Assembly: GCF_902652985.1 (NCBI RefSeq)
Contig: NC_047033.1
Span: forward strand, 6,200,001 to 6,264,000
DNA: 64,000 nt
Reading direction: 5' to 3'
Source of the DNA: Pecten maximus
Taxonomy: Eukaryota
This document shows positions 33,384-44,741 of the stretch, in pieces. The notes beneath the pieces were generated by a model. That model was given only the letters and a program-made list of their open reading frames with translations, was not told the origin of the DNA and made no database searches. How positions within the stretch are numbered: position 1 is the stretch's first letter; each line of letters begins with the position of its first letter. The translations under genes were made by a program, and so were the position numbers.

Positions 33384-34216
33384 AAACAAGAGCTGTTGGA
33401 GAACAGCATAGCTCGTCTCACAAATTTTTGTGAATGAATAAGTATGCAATTTTGAAAACCATATGCAAATTTATATATATATCTTAATTATTTATTGACA
33501 AACAATCGGGAGGCGATCTATGCTGTTGTAAATAGAGTAAATATATGAAAGAATTGCTTTTGGACCTATTTCTTTTATTTTTGGATAAAAAAAGCATCCT
33601 AATGAGAGTTGTCTCCCTTGAAAAATGTGGAACCGTATAAATTGTTTAATGTCGGCATTTTCACAATGTTTTTTTCCCAGTTCCCTCAAAGAAGGGATAG
33701 TGGAAGCCCAGGAGGACTCTTTTACCAAATGTCAGCACCTTCACAGGAACCCTAATACCATGTTTTACAGTGCCTTTCAACACTCGCAAATAAAACTTAA
33801 CGCATGAAATATTCGAAGTCCAAAACATTTGAAACAGTTGAAAAATCTGTTCCCCCCCCCAAAAAAAATTCCTTTTAGTTTAACTCCGGTAGAGGATTGT
33901 TTAACTCTAGACGGACTCTATTGCCAAATATCAGCACTCTAGAAATGTATTAATTCCTTTCAACACTTGCACCAAAAACTTAACGCAACAATATTATAAG
34001 CCTAAACAATTTCAAAAATCTGCCCCCGCCCCCTCCATCTGAAAAATCTTTTAGTTTTACTCTGGCAGGGGATAGTTTAACCCCCAGAGGACCATATTAC
34101 CATAAATTACTATGCAATTCAACACTTGCACCAAAAACTTAACATTTGAAAAACCAACGCCGACGCCGGGGTGACAACATAAGCTCTTCCTCTTCTCCGA
34201 AGAGACGAGCTAAAAA
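33384..34216 (+). mobile_element. HINE/pearl-type element (duplicate of 25395-26413)
   Basis: Same termini; AGCTCGTCTC / GAGACGAGCT subterminal inverted repeat. Confidence 0.7.
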
Positions 34217-34928
34217 TATTAGCCCTCCTCCAACTTTAGTATGATTAGGGTCTTTTTATTTTAATTAATACTATTCAGAAGCAGACGCCTGTGATTAAAC
34301 CAGCCCACCCAACCAACCACTAGACTACCTGAACACACAGCCATCTTTTCTTCCGCGACATTGCAAGCGGATTGACATGCCAAATCGTGTCCACTGACGT
34401 CATAAACCAGAAAGTCAGAATATTTACAGAACTTCAAAGCGTCATACATTAAAACAGTTTACATTACTAGTAAGTGATGATAATGGAATTGTAACATTAA
34501 TAGAATATTATTGATAAATGGACAACGTAATATGAAAAATACTTAAAGTACACTATTTTACTCTTGTAAAATCCATAATGCAATCAATACATGCTAACCA
34601 CTTTATAAAATCAACCAATCAAAAAGCTCAATATAAGTTAAACAGTGGACATACGATCAAATCATTTGTGCTATTCAAAGCATTATGGACAAATGTTTTA
34701 ACATATAAGATATTGCCTATGCTAATTGTTTCAGTAGAGATGACAATCCATAGTCACTTACGCGTTTTGATCATCAAATGACACAAATGATATTGAAATC
34801 CATAGCACACGTAAATTCGGAACTCTGATAGGAGGCTGGGTTTTCAAAAGTTGTACCCCGAGGATACATTTGGTAATATACCCTTTGCACTGCAAGTATG
34901 ATAACTCAGTATATTCAGTAATTCATCA

Positions 34929-36224
34929 CTAATTGGCACCATTAATGTAGCCGCTTGCAAATAAACCAATAGTAATCACTATAGTTGCGATCAGGAAGAA
35001 CCAGAAACAGAAAAAATCAATTGCTGACGTAACATCTGGCCAAGTCACCTCTTCCGTTTTTTCAGGATCCACGACTGATTCGGCAGGTGGCATTTCAGAA
35101 GTTTCTTTTGGAAGTATTTCCTTTGTTTCTTTCCGTGCAAGGAAAAACTTGTCTTCAATTTTACTGCTATCATCAACTTTCTTATGCGATTTCTTACACT
35201 GCAATATTTTGCTTGAACGAATCATATATCGGAAAACTTTTGAAATTTCATGAGAACTATCGCGGTAGTGAAGTCTAAGCTCTAACGTTGTAATAATGAC
35301 GATTGCTGTTCCCATCAACACCAGTATTACTAAGTACATACTCAGTAAGGACATTGACGAGCTTTCCGGAAGTGACGCACTTACAATTGTTAGAAAGACA
35401 GCAAACGCTAAATACACTGTCATGACATAGCCCATCTTCTCTCCGCTTTCTATAGGAAGGGCAAAAACGAACACAGAAAGTATTGACAGTAAAAGAATTG
35501 GTAGAACCACATTAAGGAGAATGTACTGCGGTTTTCTTTGAACAGTTATTGTATACGTAACCAACGCTCCAAACTGACTCGATACCGAAGCCTCGGAAGA
35601 AGTCTTTACGATATCCCACTCACCGTTGGACTGGTATTCCTGAAGGATAACACCATTGCTTCCCACTGCGATAGTAATATCACTCAACGGGTTCGTCCAA
35701 ACTCCAAATTTTAACGAACATGTTTGTTGATCGAATGGAAAATATTTGATATTTATAGAGCATTTTGTATCAAATACCTCAAATGGACGCCATATTACGC
35801 TGCCATCGAATGAAACTGTAGTCAGTATGAAATTATCCCCAAGCTCCACCAGTTTAGAAAAACCATTTTCCAGAGCAATATCAGGTTTCCAGATGATGTC
35901 TTGTGGAAGGTATATGGTCATAGTATCGTTATAATCAGACGGGTTCCATTTTAAATATTCGTCTGTCCACATTATAAAAAGGGATGCCGTGGTTGTCATT
36001 TTTTCTTGGACTTCACTGATGTCTGATATAGCAACTAGGTCCAAATCCACATACAGGTTCGTAGGGGTTGAGAGATCTAAACTTGGTCGAACCCTCTTGT
36101 TGTAGGAGTTAGTGGTGAAGATATTTGTATAGAGCGCTTTCACGTTATCACTCGTAGCAGAATGGACAGTACCTGGCAGACTAGCCGCTCCAATAAGAAG
36201 CAATACAAGTAAGTTACAAACCAT
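34929..36224 (-). CDS. Intronless nicotinic acetylcholine receptor-like subunit, copy B, 431 aa
   Basis: 9 amino-acid differences from copy A by my count; Cys-loop CSINIKYFPFDQQTC; first ATG at 36224. Confidence 0.95.
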   Translation of the reverse strand: MVCNLLVLLLIGAASLPGTVHSATSDNVKALYTNIFTTNSYNKRVRPSLDLSTPTNLYVDLDLVAISDISEVQEKMTTTASLFIMWTDEYLKWNPSDYNDTMTIYLPQDIIWKPDIALENGFSKLVELGDNFILTTVSFDGSVIWRPFEVFDTKCSINIKYFPFDQQTCSLKFGVWTNPLSDITIAVGSNGVILQEYQSNGEWDIVKTSSEASVSSQFGALVTYTITVQRKPQYILLNVVLPILLLSILSVFVFALPIESGEKMGYVMTVYLAFAVFLTIVSASLPESSSMSLLSMYLVILVLMGTAIVIITTLELRLHYRDSSHEISKVFRYMIRSSKILQCKKSHKKVDDSSKIEDKFFLARKETKEILPKETSEMPPAESVVDPEKTEEVTWPDVTSAIDFFCFWFFLIATIVITIGLFASGYINGAN

Positions 36225-38550
36225 TGTTTTCACCGAATCCTTGACACTTGTAATTATTTGAGCTAAAATGCTTCACACAAACACACAAATAAGATGAGCT
36301 GAAAAGTTATCCCGATATTAACTGTAATGAAGCATACACAGCAATGTTTCTACAACACGTCTAGACAGATAAGGTGAATAAGTCATTCTAATTTCAGTGG
36401 TCATCTGACAAAGAGATCTTCTATCGATTTGATAGCTACATATACCAACATGTCAAAGCAAATTCAATACTCACTATGACTGCAGATAAGTGTTAATCAA
36501 ATCTGTTTACATGGTAAATCAATCGTGTCCCACCCGTGAGCAGTAACAGAGTCAATCCATTTATCATCAGAAACAAGTTCCACAGGACGATAATTACATT
36601 TGAATCTTCTCTGATATGCTTCGTAAATGTCTCAGGGTAAAATGAAGACAACGCCTTATTTTCATTTTGGTTTCAATAATGCAGTTATATCCCGACTGTG
36701 ACTGTGAAAACAAAGTCCCCGATAAACTTCGAATACTCTATTATTTACGATAAATGCACTGTTGGTTCTCTAGTTAATGTCCAGATGGTTATCTTTTTTC
36801 ACTTTAGATTTGTTTTCGACCGCATGTCTCATGTAATAGTAACTCAAAAATAAATTGTTTCTTGATTAATAATCTCTCACTAATGTTTAAATCCGGGATT
36901 AAAAGGACAGGTGACCTTTAATGAAATAATAACAATATTTAATCTCGCTATGGCTTCCACCGATCAGGCAGGTAAACACCGATTATATGAAATAAGCGTA
37001 TTTACCTACTCGTAAGTCCCAAGACTTTGATATAAAAACAGCTATATAATCCTTGTGTTGTGGACAACTTGCTGATGGTGTATCGTATACACATCAAAAA
37101 TCGACTTTGGAATGATATCAAATCATGTACTTTTGTGGCATATAACGACTAAGCCGCTTTGATGTCGATGTATAGTTTTGACTGTAAGGTGTTAACTGTA
37201 TTTAGTAATAGTTGTTATTATCCTGTATGTATAGTCATTGTACATTGCGATCCAGGTGTCTAGGGTTTCGATTTTCCAATCAGACGTGAAATGGTATGGT
37301 GTCACCTTCCTCACCATTTGTGTTTACTCGGGGTTCTCCAGCCTTCTCCCACTGTTATATATATTATTTATAACCATCCACACGTGTCTCCCTTTTGTGG
37401 AACTCTCCTGTAAATAAGTAAGAAAAAGTTTGCAAAGGAAAGAAAATGGTTGTCTGATCTCTCACTGCCAAGCTTAGATCGAGTTAATACGATTAATTCC
37501 CCAACTGTCATGCCATAACCTACTACACCACGACAGAGAAATATCTATTATAGAGACGCGACCTAATGCTTTAATGACGCAGAGTCCGAGACCCGGTCGG
37601 GATAAGACTTATCTGCCATCATCATTTCGGGGCTGCGATAGCTCTGTCGGTTAGAGCGCCAGTCACAATATCTCAGGTGAAGATACAAGGTGCGTTCTCT
37701 ACCCTTGTTGGTGTGCGTTTCTCTGGAAGCTGAGAAACGAGCCTTTCTGTGCTGTCGTAATGGTGTCCCTCGACAAGACGACTTACCTACTTGTGATGGT
37801 CTACAACATGGTTTATCAAGAGGTTGTAGTGCTATTTTAAAATACACGTCATCAAAAAGCATACGTTTAGAATTATTTGATTGGCTGATATCATACCTCA
37901 ATGTTTTATGACTTCCACCACAGGACGAACTATGCAAAACAAATCTGCATTATATGTTGATAATGATACTTGCTTACATCTGTGTGTCATTCCAGAAGCA
38001 TTTATTCTTCGCTCTGATTATTATCGCGGCCACTTCATATGCTAGCATTTATTGATTGAAAATGAACTTTTCTATTCCAGTAAATGTTTCTGTTGACAAT
38101 TCTGACATTCGTTGATTGAGGATGTAATCCATTATCTAAAATCTATTGTTCGTTGCTATGTAAAAATGAAAGAAGAATATTACTAGCACCTTTATCTTTC
38201 ACAGTATCAACAAGGAATATCGATATCTAAACAAAACCACCACTAACAAAGTATGGATTAAAACGGGGTTTTAACCATGAACATTAAGTTATCCTTACAC
38301 ACTTCAATGTCATTAAAATGTATTACATATGTATAAGGAGAACAGGACAACAATAGTAATTTGTCAGTAACAGCAGACATGATTTCCAAATGGTTATTTT
38401 TTTATTTCTAGATAGTAGCATACCTGTTTTCGCATACATGTATAAACTATTTCTAACATATCCCAGTTGATTCCATATTCAACGACATGTTAGAAGCATG
38501 CTGTTTCGTTGTGCATGTGAGTCAGACAGGTTCGATGATCATTGTATGTA

Positions 38551-39726
38551 ATAGATACATAATGGGTACGAGTGATGTATCGGATATATCACACGAGTGC
38601 GTAGCACGAGTGTGATATATGCGATACGTCACGAGTACCCATTTTGTATCTGTTTTATCCAATGACAGCCGAGGTTTTGTCACCCACGTGCCTAGGGGTG
38701 GAGCTATAAAATTGATCAAAACCTGTCACTGTGATATGTTTCCCGCCAATTTCTGACACGTTTCATTCTGTCACAGTCTAGTCCATTCATTTCTAGTGAG
38801 ACTGTCAACCATGGCGGATCATGAACTGATCATTGATGTCGATGTATTTACCGACCAAGTATGAGTATGAACTGGAAGATAGTGACACTGTAGCTACTGA
38901 CATTGGATTATTTGATACCAAGGAATTAACGTAACCAATTGTTGTAAATAAACTGAACGGTAATGTGAAAAACATGTGAAAGACTGCAGGATTCGAGGGA
39001 AATTACACAAACGGTAACTGCTCCGGAAAGAGGACCTGCGCTACTTCCCTTTACCAAGCAGGTAAGTCTAAAATCATATTGTTTGAACAAATTGTAAAAT
39101 GAAATATTTTTCGTAAATTTCGACGTTCACGATGTCACGAATCTTTCAAAGTCCATGAAATTGTTTAAATACATCGATGAATCGGTTAATCGGTATTTTT
39201 ATCCACTCGTCCTGTTATCATTTTCATCACTATTTTGCTTATGATAAGATTTTTGTGCAACGAAAATGTATGGTTACATTTGGCGTAATCTGTATAACCA
39301 TTTTTTTTAAATGACTGAAATTTTATATGTAATCATGAATGCGTTTTTTTACTGATCTGTTAGACCTAAAATATACTCAACAGGGTTTTATATTCTGTTT
39401 CGTCAGGTTTTGATGAGCAACTCAATATGGACAGGACGGAACATCGCAGCACGGCTGTATGCATACAAGGTGAAGAAAGAAGACAACAAAGAATATTTCT
39501 AAACGGCACTCGTATTTCATTAAATTTTGTTTAAAATGTTTTCCTGTCTTTGTTCATTTGCCACGCCCACATTTGAAATTGGCCCCGCCTCAAGACTGAG
39601 GCATGGACCAATCAGAAATGCCATGTGATATTTCAGATATCACATATGTGATATTTGAAATATCACATAGTATGCAATATAACGCCAACAAAAGATCAAA
39701 GAAAAACCGAGGCGTCATTGGATAAA
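38551..39726 (+). mobile_element. ~1.2-kb hairpin-ended element (Crypton-like architecture)
   Basis: Hairpin 38553-38651; TTTATCCAATGACAGCCGAGGTTTT (38654-38678) pairs with AAAACCGAGGCGTCATTGGATAAA (39703-39726); echo palindrome 39623-39668. Confidence 0.8.
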
Positions 39727-40462
39727 GTCTGTTACATATTTTTATACAATACCGAAACTTACATATTTCACGCCAGTTTAAACTTTTCGTTTTCTTTATA
39801 TAATAATTAATTTCATTTAAAATACATTGTAATGTCCCCTGTATCTTTATATGGAATGATGATGATTTGAACACTGACAATATGTTTTTTTATTTGTCGT
39901 TAATTACGACTTATCTATTTTTTTTACAATGGATACTGTTTTGCATTTTTGTGACAAGAAGCGTGCAGGCTGTCGGCAGTGTAGCATCTTTAAATCAACA
40001 CAAATGTCTCGGCACACTTTCGTATGTATCTATTTTTACTGAGTAACTCAACTAATTCCAAACAGTATAGATATGAATAAAGAGTGATAAGAATTATGTA
40101 AAGGATACAGTGAGGTACAGCAATTACGATATTACCATTGCCTTAAGTTACACGGAGAAAACATGTTTGATACATATTTGTACTCATAAATATTTCATTA
40201 TTCTAGATTTTACACTCTGTAGTGAAATAAGTGAAGTATACACCCGATGGAATCTGTTCAATAAAAAGGCACAGACTTGTTCATGATTACTGTCATACAG
40301 ATGTTTTTGTAAATCTACGTGTTCCTCTCACGACGTGCACATGCAAAGCCATGTTAGAAGAAGCCAATGTAGTTTGAAGCATTACATATGCTTTAACGAA
40401 CGTGAAAAAGAAGATATCTAGTTGATGAGTTAGATTTAAATAGTCAATCAATAAGTTTTTTT

Positions 40463-40597
40463 CGTGAAGGCGCTCTACACAAATATCTTCACCACAAACT
40501 CCTACAACAAGAGGGTTCGACCAAGTTTAGATCTCTCAACCCCTACAAACCTTATATGGATTTGGACCTAGTTGCTATATCAGACATCAGTGCAGTC
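40463..40597 (+). pseudogene. Inverted ~135-bp fragment of the nAChR-like CDS
   Basis: Encodes VKALYTNIFTTNSYNKRVRPSLDLSTPTNL, then a 1-bp deletion, then DLDLVAISDIS; near-identical to the reverse complement of ~28178-28313. Confidence 0.9.
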
Positions 40598-42152
40598 ATA
40601 CATTTTGTATATGCTTTTGTTACAACATGAAATTGCATATACATTTATCCAAATCTACTAAGAATACTGCGGTAATTTGAAAATGACATTCAGGTATCAA
40701 TTATAAAGTGATAAATGATTAATACACGAATAAACTTAAATGATATACAGTAGAACCTCTGTAAACAAAACATGCATTGACATAGATATTAGTTCGGTTT
40801 ACAGAGGGTTCGGTTTGGAGAATTTCGGATATAATTGGTAGTAGATTAGGATCAAGATTGACATTGTAATAATTTTTGTAAAGTGAATTATATTTCATCA
40901 TTTATCATAGTTTGTCAATGAAGTTCAATTTACTTTCGATTTTCTCATTTTTCTTAACATTGCACGTGCACATACATGTACCAATTTCCTCTATTTTCTT
41001 TATGATATCATAAATATAATTTTCCATGGGAATTGATGGAATAGTATACCTTTGCTTGAAGAAGTAAAATAAAATGAAGTTCACGTGTGCAAAACTTTTC
41101 CTTGCGAGCTACCGTAATGACGCTGGATGGGACATTACAAAGACAATGTATTGTACATGTAGGGCCATATGAATAAAACATCCGTTTGAAATCAAGGAAC
41201 ATACCGATGACTGTCATACAGATGTTGTTAACCCTCGTGTTCCCCTCAGCACGTGCACTGTTGTCGCTGTGCCAAATATGCAGCTGTTGTGTGTGAAAAG
41301 GTCGCGACGTTGAATAGCGTTAAATTGATTGCATATTTTCAATTCACGCAATAAGAAGGTAAGGAAATTTATATTGTTACCAACAAAATATACGGAATTA
41401 TTTCATTTAATCGAACCTTTTTGTTTATAAGTTTACAAATAGAGATTTGCGGGAATTCCAGAATCATAAAAAATGACGGCTGATTAAAAACTTATCAACA
41501 CTTAACGAAAACCTATGTGGGTATTCCAAAGTGTGATTGTGAAGGATAAAGATTACGGATAAGAAATAAAATTAAATTAAAAAAAATGGATATGTGCTTT
41601 TCATTGACCGTTGCTTCTGTCTATTTCATTATCAAAATTCCATCGGGTGTTTAGCATTCCCTGATATTGATTTGCTGAAAACTTCTGAATGAATACGCAG
41701 AAGGCATACACTGTCAATATATCAATAGTTTCACGGTTGAGGATGCTGTTAACAAAACATTTGAAAAAAATAAAATAAAATAAAAAATATTTAAGTCTAC
41801 TTTTGTTGTAAAACTTGTTTAATACAACAAATATTAATCAACTGCATCACAATAATAACAGTGTCATTAAAGCATTAATTAAGAATGATAAATGGTGTAA
41901 GTAACGACTGAAAAATGAAAAAAAGTTCAGTTGATGATGGGCGGTAATGAAAAGTGATGAAAATACAACTAGACGCAGAAAAGAATGCACCCTAGGTAGA
42001 AAATCTGACAAATTCCTACGTCTTCATTATGGTGTAAAATTTGTATTGTATTTTAGATCCACATCCAGGTACATTGTATTTGCGTCCGACGTTAACACTG
42101 CTCTCGGTAGATATTTGGGTCAAACGAACTATGGTACACAACGTATAAGTTG

Positions 42153-44741
42153 TCAACGTTCACATAAAAAGTCACGAGGTTGTGTGCCGAATCCATTTTC
42201 CCATAAGAAATTTCCCACGACCCTAATCCTGATATACTTCTCATAACATGGGGAACCTGTCAGCCAGTTGAAATACGACAAAGGTGTACCGTCCTCATAA
42301 ACAAATGTGTTATCGTCTTTGGCGGAATGACCTCCAATCCAGGCCGAATCTATGTTACGGGAAACTGAAATATAAATTAAAATAATAGATCTACTACATT
42401 AACAATCCAGAAGGATGCAGTGCCACGGGAAACTGAAATGTACATTGAAATTAGGACAGTACTATATTTTTATTCCAGACGGAAGCAATATCTTGGGACA
42501 CTGACACGGTCATTAAAATTGGGACCTTACTAGATCTACGATCCAGACATAAGCAGAGCAACGAGAAAATGAAATGTACATTGAAATAAGAACATAACTA
42601 CATTTACGGTCCAGACGGACGCAGTGCCACTGGATGAAGCAGCAATGTAGTAATACAATGAATTTACTGTAGATAAAGTGTAATCGAATTCAAGGCAAAT
42701 TCATACTTCAACATACGATATTAATCTACGAAGGAACGCCAGCGGAATAAGTACAGTGCTGAGATAAAAGAGAGCTGTTTCAGCCCAACGCAGCTTGCCT
42801 ATTGTTGACATATGTTGTTTAATGGTTAATAGATGACAGTGGAAAAGATGATGTAATCGAAAAACAAAAAAACAAAAAAAACAAAACAACAACAACCTGG
42901 AAGCTATATTGAGAACATTCCAAAATACAAATAAAAAACAACAGCTTGAAAACAGTAAACAAAAAAAAAAACCAAAGACCAAATCCATATCAAAGACACT
43001 ATCACTATTGTATTGCATGCAATCAGTATCAATATTTCATTTAAAAACAAACTGCAAATTGTTTTTATATAATTTATATGGTTCCCAATATTGATTACAT
43101 TCAATATCGATGCTTCCAACAACTTACAAATGTTTCATACCATTTATATGGTTCCCAATATTGCTAATTCTCAATATCAATGCTTCCAACATCTTATATG
43201 GGTTTTATATAATTTATATGGTTAAATATATTCGGTTTCACTTCATAATAACAGCCAACACCTTATTGACTTATTATTTCGTTTTGCTTGCAAAACTTGC
43301 TGAAAATCGTTAACGCAAGTCTTACTCTTACTCGAAGCTATCTCACATTCTAATCCATTCCTCGAGTATATCATATAAAAGTATCTTGTTTACTATATTG
43401 TTTCCTATCAGTTTAAGCGAGCTAGAAATACAAATAACTGACCAGCCGTTTTGAATCGTCATTCCTGATGTCCAATATGATACTAGTTATGCATAGTTAT
43501 CTATCTTATATGAATCAGCAGGTGTTTATTCTAATGAATGATATCGCTAATATTTTTGGTGGCTATTTCAACTTTTACAATTAACAATAATAATGGGTTT
43601 CAACATTATATAACATTATATCAAGTATATGCCATGGTCAAACAGTGTCTCAAGTTTGTTATTTCAGCGTGATAACACTATAATAATTACCCACGTTGTT
43701 TTTATTCATTATACATGTACTACATAGATTGCTTGTGTGTTGAACGAGTCGTGCTATCAAACTCACCATAAAACTTACATAAAAGATCAGTTAGGTGGTG
43801 ATGTCTTTCCAGTGAATCTATTCTGATCATACGAGCTCCATCAAGGCGGCAAAAATCTGCAGCTTGTGCTGCATTCAACTTGTTCCCTTCTACCAAACGA
43901 TAACACCAATGAAGGGATTGTTCGTATTCGTAGCCACTTTGCGTTGAACAGCTCTCTGTGAAGTACATGAGAATGGACATAAAATTCATCAGTCCAGAAT
44001 CTAAGCCACCACCCACCCCTTCCTCCTTACTTCGTCTTTTCTATTTATAATAGATGCAAGTTGTATTAGTAATGTATATGCTTTAAAATGATGTAACTTG
44101 TTTAGTTGTTCAAGCAATTTGTTCCCCATCTTTGTATAAAGGGGTTCTAAATATTGGTTTTCATCTGATGTAACAGATATCTTTGTACAAGTTAGTACAA
44201 AAAAGTAAAGAGGAACTTTATGTTGTCATTTATATCTTAAATAAATGACATTGTTTCACTTTCAATCTCGGTGTCTGTTATATTTTAACCTTTATACAAA
44301 CAGAGCACATCCTTATATATTTGATGCATAGCTAAAATACCATTTACCAACAAGAATTATCAAATGCAGAGCCTACTCGTCATGACAGGATTTTTCTCTA
44401 TCAGTGTAGGTTTTAAACCAGAAACTACAGGTATATACTTCGTTACCTCTATGATATTGGTATGACTTCCAATCTTCTTCACCAATCACTTCTGTTGTAG
44501 TCACGTTGAAGAGGAAGGAATGGAGAAGACACAACCCTTTAGTACTGTGATACGACAGCGACTCACAGGATAAGTAATTGGCGCATTCTATCGCACACTC
44601 TACCACACTGTTGGTTTGTAAAACACCTGAAAGGTTTGCTGTTCTGAAACCTTCCATGTCCATCATCTCAGTTAAATCCGAGATATTAAAATCACAGCAA
44701 CAGCATAAAAAGCACAAACATAAGATGAATGAGAGAAACAT
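42153..44741 (-). CDS. Secreted PAN/apple + C-type lectin-like domain protein (~227 aa)
   Basis: Exons 44741-44447, 43955-43779, 42364-42153 (phase 1,1). Signal peptide; SVVECAIECANYLSCESLSY...CLLH (PAN); WCYRL...AADFCRLDGARM, AWIGG, FVYEDGTPLSYFNW, WEN...FLCER (CTLD). Confidence 0.88.
42345..42630 (-). repeat. Degenerate 68-bp repeat (4 units) spanning the lectin exon-3 acceptor
   Basis: GGGAAACTGAAA-like motif at 42359, 42427, 42495, 42563 (spacing 68). Confidence 0.7.
43061..43225. repeat. ~70-bp degenerate tandem repeat (~2.3 copies) in the lectin intron
   Basis: ATTTATATGGTTCCCAATATTG...TCAATATC.ATGCTTCCAACA repeated. Confidence 0.7.

Larger units (their letters stand above)
30711..37737 (+). 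repeat. Segmental tandem duplication, copy B
   Basis: Colinear with 21942-29843. Confidence 0.92.

Noticed and set aside
37628-37680. tRNA-like GCGATAGCTCTGTCGGTTAGAGCGCC (also ~29771 and ~6962)
   Set aside because: Only an A-box/D-arm or degenerate head; no complete cloverleaf, so more likely a SINE or other repeat relic than a tRNA gene.
38810-39480. Possible spliced plus-strand mini-gene (THAP-like YFPLP) inside the hairpin element
   Set aside because: Frames are broken and the motif is too short to support a call.
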